Positions 10,352 to 17,528 of a DNA stretch of 32,000 bases are shown here, one piece after another. Both the position numbers and the translations under genes were made by a program. Each line of letters starts with the position of its first letter. Positions within the stretch are counted from its first letter, which is position 1. This DNA comes from Desulfotalea psychrophila LSv54 (lineage in GTDB: Bacteria; Desulfobacterota; Desulfobulbia; Desulfobulbales; Desulfocapsaceae). Under the pieces are notes generated by a model. That model searched no databases. It was not told where the DNA came from and saw only the letters and a list, made by a program, of their open reading frames with translations. The stretch covers positions 240,001 to 272,000 of the forward strand of contig NC_006138.1 of the NCBI RefSeq assembly GCF_000025945.1, given 5' to 3'.

Positions 10352-11182
10352 ATGGTACAGATAGGCAAAATAAATAAGCTTAGGATAAAAGAAATAGAGT
10401 CAGGTGCTATTCAACTTGATGGTGGTGAGTCAGGGAATATCCTCCTAAAAGGCAATCGTGCTGCCCAAAAACATTGTCTAGGTGACGATATTGACGTCTT
10501 TGTTTATTTAGACAAAGAACAGTGCCTGGTAGCAACTACACAAAAGCCATATGCAATAGTCGGTGAATTTGCCAAGTTGACGGTGGTGGCTACGACAAAG
10601 GCAGGTGCCTACTTGAGCTGGGGGCTTGCAGACGACCTGTTCGTACCCAAAAGTGAACAGCAGGGCAATATGCTGGAAGGTGAAGTGTATGTTGTCTTTC
10701 TATTGCTGAGTGAAAAAAACAACCGGATTATAGCCTCTTCAAAGCTGGATAAATATCTTAACAAAGAGCCTCATGAATATGTAGAGAGAGAAGAGGTTGA
10801 ACTTCTCATCTATGCCAAGTCAGAGCTAGGATATAGTGCGATTGTCAATAATTCTCATATAGGTATGATCTACGAGAACGAAGTCTTTCGAAAGCTTGTC
10901 ATAGGGCAGCAGCTGAAGGGTTATATTAAAAAAATACGTGATGATTTTAAAATCGACTTACGACTTCAGCAAACAGGTTATCGTGGAATGGATGATGTTT
11001 CCCAGAACATCTTAAACAAGATAAAGTACTGCGGGGGAATGGTTACTGTTACCGATAAGAGCCTGCCCGAAGACATCTATGACCTATTTGGGGTAAGCAA
11101 AAAGGTTTTTAAAAAAGCAATAGGTTCCCTCTATAAACAGAAGCTTATCATACTGGACAGTGATGGTATTAAACTGAGCTAA
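10352..11182 (+). CDS. cvfB: CvfB/YitL-like S1-domain RNA-binding protein
   Basis: The protein has S1-like domains followed by a winged-helix C-terminus: MVQIGKINKLRIKEIESGAIQLDGG...GEFAKLTVVATTKAGAYLSWGLADDLFVPKSEQ...YDLFGVSKKVFKKAIGSLYKQKLI. Confidence 0.8.
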   Translation: MVQIGKINKLRIKEIESGAIQLDGGESGNILLKGNRAAQKHCLGDDIDVFVYLDKEQCLVATTQKPYAIVGEFAKLTVVATTKAGAYLSWGLADDLFVPKSEQQGNMLEGEVYVVFLLLSEKNNRIIASSKLDKYLNKEPHEYVEREEVELLIYAKSELGYSAIVNNSHIGMIYENEVFRKLVIGQQLKGYIKKIRDDFKIDLRLQQTGYRGMDDVSQNILNKIKYCGGMVTVTDKSLPEDIYDLFGVSKKVFKKAIGSLYKQKLIILDSDGIKLS

Positions 11183-11231
11183 AGCAGAAACTACAGCTGT
11201 CAGCTAGAAAAAAATACAACTGCAAAAGAAG

Positions 11232-11280
11232 TTAACCACAGAGGGTGGGAGAGCACAGAGATTTTTTAGATAAAGGACGA
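11232..11280 (+). repeat. Dispersed 'TTAACCACAGAGG...CACAGAGATTTTTTAGRTAAAGG' module (copy)
   Basis: gttaaccacagagggtgggagagcacagagattttttagataaaggacga. Related copies are at 12361-12416, 13403-13440, 6419-6475 and 2450-2478/2531-2560. Partial reverse-oriented copies are at about 11465-11507, 12640-12680 and 6561-6600. Confidence 0.85.
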
Positions 11281-11650
11281 AAAGAGAGAAGCGAGATTCT
11301 AGATACTAGATACTAGAAAAAGCCAAAGATATTAAATAGCTGCTAGATACCGCTATCAGGGAAAGTTCCACCCTCCTTTGCCGCCTGACGCCACTCGCTA
11401 GCGCTCGCTGCTTCGCTACGCTTGCTGCCGCCACGTCGCTACGCTTGCTGCTGCTAGTTCAATAATCCACAAAAAATCCTCTGTGTGCTCTGTGCTCTCT
11501 GTGGTTTTTTCGGCACTTCGCTACCGCTCCTCGTCGCAACTCACCTTGCCCATGCAACAGTGGAAAAAAATTCAAGCACTGTTGTGCCCTTCAATAATGT
11601 CTCTTCTGACCAGCAATGGTTGGACTTTTTTTCTATTATAAAGAGACTCA

Positions 11651-11797
11651 GTGAGCAGTGAGCAGTGAGCAGTGAGCAGTGAGCAGTGAACAGTACACAG
11701 TGAACAGTGAACAGTGAACAGTGAACAGTGAACAGTGAACAGTGAACAGTGAACAGTGAACAGTGAACAGTGAACAGTGAACAGTGAACAGTGAGCG
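11651..11797. repeat. Heptanucleotide tandem array: GTGAGCA x5, GTGAACA, GTACACA, GTGAACA x13, GTGAGCg
   Basis: Counted directly: 20 full units of 7 bp plus a degenerate final unit, ending about 31 bp upstream of the ATG at 11828. Confidence 0.95.
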
Positions 11798-11827
11798 TAA
11801 ATAAAGTTAATCTTGAAGGGAACAAAT

Positions 11828-12295
11828 ATGGCTAGAGTGAAGGAAATAAAAAAAGATTACGGCTTTTTTGGTATTGGCATACTGAATAATGTTAACGAAT
11901 TAAATATTGGTACCCTGTGGCGATCTGCATATATCTTGGGCGCGAGCTTCATTTTCACCATTGATAAAAAATATAAAACACAGAGTAGCGACATTACCTC
12001 GGCCTGGACAAAGATTCCACTGTACCACTATAAAACATTTGCTGAGTTCAAAGATAATTTACCCTTTGCCACAAAAATCGTTGGGGTAGAGATGGGGGAG
12101 AGCTCCATTGCCATAGGAGATTTTTCCCATCCAGATATGGCGGTATATCTTTTGGGCAATGAACAGCGCGGATTGAGCAAAAAAATTACCGACCAGTGCC
12201 ACTCTCTTATACAATTACCTGGAGAATTTTCCCTGAATGTTGCGGTGGCGGGAAGTATTGTCATGTATGATCGGCTCAACAAAGAGGTTAGATAG
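11828..12295 (+). CDS. SpoU/TrmH-family RNA methyltransferase (short form)
   Basis: SPOUT signatures NVNELNIGTLWRSAYILGASFIFTI, YLLGNEQRGLSKKITDQC and IQLPGEFSLNVAVAGSIVMYD. The listed ORF starts at TTG 11813; ATG 11828 looks more likely. Confidence 0.88.
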   Translation: MARVKEIKKDYGFFGIGILNNVNELNIGTLWRSAYILGASFIFTIDKKYKTQSSDITSAWTKIPLYHYKTFAEFKDNLPFATKIVGVEMGESSIAIGDFSHPDMAVYLLGNEQRGLSKKITDQCHSLIQLPGEFSLNVAVAGSIVMYDRLNKEVR

Positions 12296-12351
12296 CTGTC
12301 AGCTCTCAGCTCTCAGCTCTCAGCTGTCAGCTGTCAGCTGTCAGCTGTCAG
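12295..12351. repeat. Heptanucleotide tandem array GCTGTCA/GCTCTCA, 8 units
   Basis: Units are gctgtca, gctctca x3 and gctgtca x4. The array begins on the last base of the upstream stop codon. Confidence 0.92.
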
Positions 12352-12360
12352 AAACAGCAA

Positions 12361-12416
12361 ATTAACCACAGAGGATGGGAGGTCACAGAGATTTTTTTAG
12401 GTAAAGGACGAAAAAA
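12361..12416 (+). repeat. Dispersed 'TTAACCACAGAGG' module (copy)
   Basis: attaaccacagaggatgggaggtcacagagatttttttaggtaaaggacgaaaaaa. Nearly the same as 11232-11280. Confidence 0.85.
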
Positions 12417-12700
12417 CAGATACTAGATGCTAGAAAACACCAACAGATATTAGCTCTAAGTGTACAACAGTAGCCTTGCAAACCCTCAGCTTTTTCAAGG
12501 AGAAGATAAGGAGGGGGATATCCTGCCCTATGCAAACCTTAGCGAAAAGTAAAAGGTCAATCTGTTCCCATATTTTTTTGTGATTCGCGCTTTTTCTCGC
12601 ATCTCGTATCTCGTATCTATCTCTTCTTTTTAATTCATTGCCTCTGTGTGCTCTGTGCTCTCCGTGCTCTCTGTGACCCCAGTGGTTCCGCTCTATTTCA

Positions 12701-13288
12701 TTAGTTACAGAACTGCTCTTCACAGGGAATGCCATCCCCATCACCATCCAATTTTACGTCTGGACAATTGCTCAGATAAAACTGAGCCTCCTGACAGGAG
12801 GTCATCTCTGGACAATGTATTTTACCTGCACAGCTATAGTTTAACGAGAGTTGCTCTCTCTGCACAAAAGTCTCGTCGATACCTCCAAGCGGTATCCCTG
12901 TTACCGTCTGATCAGCACTAGCCTGCAATCGATTATAAAAGAGACTAGCAAAGCCGATAAGCAGCGCCAGGCAGATAACAAAAATCCTCCAACTATTTTT
13001 TGTTTCCTGCTTTTTGTAGGGCCTCTGCCCTGTCGGTTGCGAACGCTCTCTTCTCTTTCGCAATGGCAGACCTTTGATTATTGCATCAACGGCCTTGGTC
13101 TTGCCATTATGATCAGTACGAAGACAATAAGAGATGGTGTCTCCCACCCTGGGCGCTCTGGAGATGGCTCTGTCAAAAGCTGAAATATGGACAAAAATAC
13201 TCTTAGCACTCTTTTCTGACTTGATGAAGCCAAAGCCTCTTTCACCAACCCATTTTTCAATTTTTCCTTGTAGGCGAACTGTTGCCAC
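12701..13288 (-). CDS. Cold-shock domain, TM and excalibur calcium-binding domain protein
   Basis: N-terminal CSD (GKIEKWVGERGFGFIKSEKSAKSIFVHISAF), a hydrophobic helix (IFVICLALLIGFASLF), and a C-terminal excalibur motif (MTSCQEAQFYLSNCPDVKLDGDGDGIPCEEQFC). Confidence 0.88.
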   Translation of the reverse strand: MATVRLQGKIEKWVGERGFGFIKSEKSAKSIFVHISAFDRAISRAPRVGDTISYCLRTDHNGKTKAVDAIIKGLPLRKRRERSQPTGQRPYKKQETKNSWRIFVICLALLIGFASLFYNRLQASADQTVTGIPLGGIDETFVQREQLSLNYSCAGKIHCPEMTSCQEAQFYLSNCPDVKLDGDGDGIPCEEQFCN

Positions 13289-13318
13289 TGTTTATCCTTT
13301 TTTGAGATGAAGATATTA

Positions 13319-13390
13319 GATGCTAGATGCTAGATGCTAGATGCTAGATGCTAGATGCTAGATGCTAGATGCTAGATGCTAGATGCTAGA
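13319..13390. repeat. Heptanucleotide tandem array TGCTAGA x10
   Basis: Ten exact copies at 13321-13390, preceded by 'ga'. Confidence 0.95.
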
Positions 13391-13781
13391 AAAACAAAAT
13401 ACATTAACCACAGAGGGCACAGAGATTTTTTAGATTAAAGGCTAAAAGAAGTGATGATGCAATTATCATATTCCCATAGCACCTTCATCGACATAGGTTA
13501 TCACGCCTTGTTGTTTCAGTACCCACTCCGACCAATTTTTAATCTTTACTCTGCTGTCCCCCATGCATCCTTCAGTATTTTCTGTTTGTTACAGATGGTC
13601 AAGCTGGGTAAGTTATTTGTTCAACAAGGACCTTTTGAGCTAAATTATTAATACGCCAATAAAGCCGATATTGCTGTTATTGAGATGGGCGTTTTGCCCT
13701 CTCTCTTTTTTGATTGGATGGAGGGGGGAATGCCCTCCCAACCCGCTTGAAAGTGGGCTGACCGACCCTACCATTACCTGC

Positions 13782-14068
13782 TTATGGAGATAGAGGCATG
13801 GGCCTGTATTCTTCCATAGCCTTTTCATCTGCTATTACCGGAAAAACAAGTTCCCCTTCTCCAGCCTCTGCGGTAATTTTCCTATATGGTTTTGGTTCAA
13901 AATAATCACGGCCTTTACGGCCAACGACTAACATAGCAGAAAGGGCATCAATCGCCATGCGCTGGGTCTCTTCTATGCTTTCACCACAGGTTAACGCCCC
14001 TGGTACATCCGGAATGCGCACAGACCATCCGCCACTATTCGGGTAAAAATTGCGTGATAGATATCCAT
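13782..14068 (-). pseudogene. HicB-like antitoxin, apparently frameshifted near its 5' end
   Basis: ATG at 14068 follows an AGGAGG-type RBS and reads MDIYHAIFTR. The family-typical continuation SGGWSVRIPDVPGALTCGESIEETQRMAIDALSAML is in a different frame (listed ORF 13782-14021). The frame change falls at about 14036-14041. Confidence 0.7.
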
Positions 14069-14219
14069 TTGATCCTCCTATATAACCAACTCAGGCCCCG
14101 TTCGGGCGATAATTATTTTAAATTTTGGTTCCCATGCCCAGCACAGCCATCGTTGCTCACAGGACACAGCTTTTTATGCTCCCATGCAGAAAATTGTTAT
14201 GAAAAATTCGATATTTTCA

Positions 14220-14891
14220 TTATTTCGAATATTTTTTTATCACATACTTCGCTAAATATTTTGTGTCGTTCTTAGTTCCAGAGTAGCCGAATGACATTGC
14301 AATAGTAATTACTGAAGCATTTTCAATTAACCCTCTACACTTTTGAAAAAAGAGATCTCGTTTTTCTTGAGACCAAAGCTCTGATTCTAAGTACATACCA
14401 GAGTCATTAAAAACATCAATATCTAAATCAAAAGCATATTGTTTTGATTTTTTTACAGCACACATATTTTCGATTTCCTGATGGATGTATTGCTTTGCAT
14501 TGTAAGTTTTTAAAAAGTCAGGTGAAAAAGCTATTTCAGTTCCTTTTTGTCTACAATAAAAGTGAACCTCATCAAAGATCCTCTTAATTATTGCAGGAGC
14601 TATAAAACCATCTTTTGAAATATAGTCTTCACTTACCAAGCTAAATAAAGCGGTTAATTCAGCTTGAGATATGTCAGACAATGCTTTCTCACATTGAAAA
14701 TCATTTATAGCATCCCAATGATAATCAATATGATACAAGCTTAATGGTAAGCTGGTTTTCACTCGATCGATATAGCTAATCCATGCCCAAAAAGCCCATT
14801 TGTGATCATCCATGAGCCAAACATTTGGATATATTTCTTTGCAGAAATCATCACTGTTAACAATGTAATCATCAAATGTTTTCATAGACAT
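14220..14891 (-). CDS. UPF0489-like (arginase/deacetylase-fold-like) protein
   Basis: Conserved-motif spacing: VWLMDDHKWAFWAWI, SLYHIDYHWD, YAFDLDIDVF and ITIAMSFGYSG. The start is probably ATG 14891 (MSMKTFDDY) rather than 14963. Confidence 0.65.
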   Translation of the reverse strand: MSMKTFDDYIVNSDDFCKEIYPNVWLMDDHKWAFWAWISYIDRVKTSLPLSLYHIDYHWDAINDFQCEKALSDISQAELTALFSLVSEDYISKDGFIAPAIIKRIFDEVHFYCRQKGTEIAFSPDFLKTYNAKQYIHQEIENMCAVKKSKQYAFDLDIDVFNDSGMYLESELWSQEKRDLFFQKCRGLIENASVITIAMSFGYSGTKNDTKYLAKYVIKKYSK

Positions 14892-14904
14892 AGTGTCCTC
14901 ATAT

Positions 14905-15011
14905 ACATAGCGCCTGCAATAAAGTGTGCGCCCACTGGATATTCGAAACCAATTACATTCCATACCCTAAATTCCCAGTGTTACAGCATCACATTGATGA
15001 CTTTGTTAGAA
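14905..15011 (-). other. Candidate degenerate attC-like site between two cassette-like genes
   Basis: The minus strand has TCTAACAAAG at the 5' end (15011-15002), an inner inverted repeat CACTGG/CCAGTG (14933-14938 and 14975-14980), and GGCGCTATG at the 3' end (14914-14906; a canonical site would be GCGTTAxx). It ends about 14 nt before the next start codon. Confidence 0.35.
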
Positions 15012-15833
15012 TCTATCAAGTAGTGAGATATTTTGAGATAGAGCTGGTGATTTCTTTGGTAAAGTTAAAAGAATATGACTAATTTGTTCAGAAAAGTATC
15101 TAATTAAACAATTTTCATTTCCACAGTTAATGCGAATTACAAACTGTAAGCACTCATCGGATTTACTAATGCTTGACAAGAAGTTAACACCTATATAGCC
15201 ACCGCTAAAGTCCACAACACGAAATCTGAACATTTTAGATATAGCATCTAAATTTAAGTTGTTACTTAGCCTCTCATGACTAACAACAAATGTCATGAGG
15301 TTTTTCTCTAAGCTGTACTGATATTTCATTCTGTGCCGACTCTTAATGAGAATAGACACTACCCTCATAATGTCTTTCAAATTACTACCCGCATCGTTCA
15401 TTGTATTGCTAAGATTTTTTTGTTTTCCGGTATACTTAGACAAGACATTATCTCTTTTCCCATTCATACTCTTATGACCTTGCCGTAACGCTTTAACCCC
15501 TTTTTTCAACACACCTTCATTATAAGAATGCTCTATATACAATTCAATATGTTTAATTGCATAATCTAAAGAATCCAATGAAAACATTTCTGTCTTACCG
15601 TCACCAACAGAATAATCTAGCGAATAACTTGAAAGGATTAGATGCAATGATTTTTCAAGAGTAAAAACATCATCGATACAAATCTCTAAGGAATAGGATT
15701 CTTCGTAGTCGGGCTCCCCCCACCATTTCTTCAAACTTATCATTCGACTAGAAATATCATTTGCTTTTCCAATTTTAATTGCTCTGTTTTTTTGAAAAAC
15801 CAAGATATATAAATTCGTTTTTTTCATATCCAT
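15006..15833 (-). CDS. T5orf172/GIY-YIG-like (MUG113-type) domain protein with uncharacterised C-terminus
   Basis: N-terminus YILVFQKNRAIKIGKANDISSRMISLKKWWG...SYSLEICIDDVFTLEKSLHLILSSYSLD...GDGKTEMFSL fits the T5orf172 pattern. Confidence 0.6.
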   Translation of the reverse strand: MDMKKTNLYILVFQKNRAIKIGKANDISSRMISLKKWWGEPDYEESYSLEICIDDVFTLEKSLHLILSSYSLDYSVGDGKTEMFSLDSLDYAIKHIELYIEHSYNEGVLKKGVKALRQGHKSMNGKRDNVLSKYTGKQKNLSNTMNDAGSNLKDIMRVVSILIKSRHRMKYQYSLEKNLMTFVVSHERLSNNLNLDAISKMFRFRVVDFSGGYIGVNFLSSISKSDECLQFVIRINCGNENCLIRYFSEQISHILLTLPKKSPALSQNISLLDRF

Positions 15834-15842
15834 ACCATTTGA

Positions 15843-15930
15843 TTATAACGCCTATAACAAGGTGGGTGAACGCTGAACCTACCAAACCAAGAATGCCGAG
15901 TATAACGCGTCACCTTAATTGCCTTATTAC
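15843..15930 (-). other. Candidate attC-like recombination site
   Basis: On the + strand, ggtgaacgc (15865-15873) and gcgtcacc (15907-15914) form an inverted repeat with one bulged base. The minus-strand 3' end is TTGTTATAGGCGTTATAA (ends 15843), 9 nt upstream of the next start codon (15833). Confidence 0.45.
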
Positions 15931-15937
15931 ACCTTTC

Positions 15938-16789
15938 TTAATTGGTTGTTATTTTTTTATACTCATGAATTGATTCAGCTATTGTCTGCTTTGACTTAAA
16001 CTCAGGAATACAAGAGTAACATAGCCAACAATTAATTATCTCCGGGTTGCCACGAAACTCGATGAATGATTTAAATTTAGCGTATCTACGCAGTTCGCTT
16101 GAATCGGTATATATCCTTGTTTTTATATATGCCTTCTCGTAAGTGATATAGCAATAAAAACAATATACATACGGAATAATCGACACAGAGAGTAGCATAG
16201 GGACGAGAAAGTCACGTAAAGTTGATATATTGAAAAACTTGTCTACGTCATCACTAACATATGACAGGCTATCGATGAACAAATAAATACCGAGTATGCT
16301 CAATGCTATACCAAAGACTGATTTAACCTTTTGAAATTTAGGGTCTGTTGAAGCTACAACACTACAGCAGGCAATAAACGTTGACACTGTTACCAGTATT
16401 AGTTCGGTTATGAAACCGTAAGAATGGAATGCAACAAGGAATTCAATTAACACAATAACTTGAAACTGTTGCTTCAGCGCTCTTTTAAGATACTGCACCC
16501 CACTGTCAACATTGACTGTGTTGGATAATTGGACACTACCAACAAAAAGAAACCAGACTACTGTATTTTTCACCTGAGATGTATCCCAGATAGCAACCTC
16601 TCTTAAACACCACACAACACCGACAGTAAATAGCGAAAAAATCACGAACGGTGTCACTATTTCTCGCTGAAAAAATACCTTGATTAGTTGTACAAATGCG
16701 TTTCTAACCCTAGACTGCCGCAAACAGTAAAGCAACACCACTGATACCAGCAACGCTGATGCCAGCTCACGATTATTGAATACTTCCAA
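15938..16789 (-). CDS. Uncharacterised multi-TM membrane protein
   Basis: TTG start, about 283 aa, with roughly 6-7 hydrophobic segments (e.g. IVTPFVIFSLFTVGVVWCL, FLVPMLLSVSIIPYVYCFYCYI). No family recognised. Confidence 0.7.
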   Translation of the reverse strand: MEVFNNRELASALLVSVVLLYCLRQSRVRNAFVQLIKVFFQREIVTPFVIFSLFTVGVVWCLREVAIWDTSQVKNTVVWFLFVGSVQLSNTVNVDSGVQYLKRALKQQFQVIVLIEFLVAFHSYGFITELILVTVSTFIACCSVVASTDPKFQKVKSVFGIALSILGIYLFIDSLSYVSDDVDKFFNISTLRDFLVPMLLSVSIIPYVYCFYCYITYEKAYIKTRIYTDSSELRRYAKFKSFIEFRGNPEIINCWLCYSCIPEFKSKQTIAESIHEYKKITTN

Positions 16790-16811
16790 TACAAATCACC
16801 TATATCAATTC

Positions 16812-16913
16812 TAGGCATAACGCCCAATTAAGCTGCACCCAACGCAATGATCAAGCTACAACAATGTACCTCAATCACTATACCAATTGGAGCTGAAAAT
16901 GCCATGCGTTGGG
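16812..16913 (-). other. Candidate attC-like recombination site (best of the set)
   Basis: Perfect 9-bp inverted repeat CCCAACGCA (16836-16844) and TGCGTTGGG (16905-16913). The minus strand reads CCCAACGCATGGCATTTTCAG...TTGCGTTGGGTGCAGCTTAATTGGGCGTTATGCC, resembling chromosomal-integron attC layout. It ends 22 nt upstream of the start codon at 16789. Confidence 0.55.
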
Positions 16914-16915
16914 AA

Positions 16916-17521
16916 TCATGGTAAAACTAATTTACAGATCTGTGTTGCCAACTCAAGCCACCACGTAATTAGACTAACAGAGAGCCCAACTACAAAAAGA
17001 GAGAAGGTTAGAGGGATTTTGTCCCTAAGAAAGCTGAAATGTTTCTGCTCGTCAACCCAATCGATCTGGTGTTGCCAAAAAAATTTGTAGTGCGCATACC
17101 AATCACTAAACAGGATTTGCTTGCTTTGGCATGAACTATAATATTCACCTTGTAGCTGAGAAAGTTGGTTTTCCAATATCTCAATATCAGACCCATCTGA
17201 GTTTTTTGTCTTGCGATATAGTTTTGCAAGGTCATTGTATAATTGTGTTAATTTTATACCATAACTTTCATATGCTGTTTTCTTATGATCGTAGAGTGAT
17301 ATATACAATCCAACAATACCTAAGACAACAAATGATGCAGACAGAAACTTAGTTGATAAGCCTTCAAAGGCAAGTGCGTAAATGCCGAATGCCATTGAGA
17401 AAAAGCTAATAAACCCAGGTGTTTTCTCTACAATATCATAGGTTGCAAAATGTTTTTTTGCTCCAAAACCAACGTTGTAACCAGTCTCTGCGATATGTTT
17501 AAGCAAATCTTCTTTATTCAT
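16916..17521 (-). CDS. SLATT-like (SMODS/SLOG-associating 2TM) putative CBASS effector
   Basis: MNKEDLLKHIAETGYNVGFGAKKHFATYDIVEKTPGFISFFSMAFGIYALAF...SFVVLGIVGLYISLYD...LYNDLAKLYRK...FSLFVVGLSVSLITWW. The paired hydrophobic segments plus a cytosolic helical region fit SLATT, and the gene sits 7 nt downstream of a CD-NTase. The listed start is 17566; ATG 17521 is more likely. Confidence 0.8.
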   Translation of the reverse strand: MNKEDLLKHIAETGYNVGFGAKKHFATYDIVEKTPGFISFFSMAFGIYALAFEGLSTKFLSASFVVLGIVGLYISLYDHKKTAYESYGIKLTQLYNDLAKLYRKTKNSDGSDIEILENQLSQLQGEYYSSCQSKQILFSDWYAHYKFFWQHQIDWVDEQKHFSFLRDKIPLTFSLFVVGLSVSLITWWLELATQICKLVLP

Positions 17522-17528
17522 TTCTGCC

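Noticed and set aside
11541-11825. 94-aa ORF encoding FTVHCSLFTVHCSLF repeats
   Set aside because: It is a translation of the heptanucleotide array (GTGAACA), not a plausible protein.
12430-12921. Small ORFs (105 aa minus, 91 aa plus) around the repeat region
   Set aside because: They consist mostly of translated dispersed repeats and the antisense of the excalibur-domain gene.
11651-13390. Short tandem arrays considered as CRISPR
   Set aside because: Units are 7 bp with no spacers and there are no cas genes, so they are microsatellite-like arrays.
14069-14219. Possible HicA toxin or a further attC between the UPF0489-like gene and hicB
   Set aside because: No HicA motif was found in any frame I read. 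CATAACAA and GGTTATATAG boxes are suggestive of attC ends but lack a convincing stem, so they were not called.
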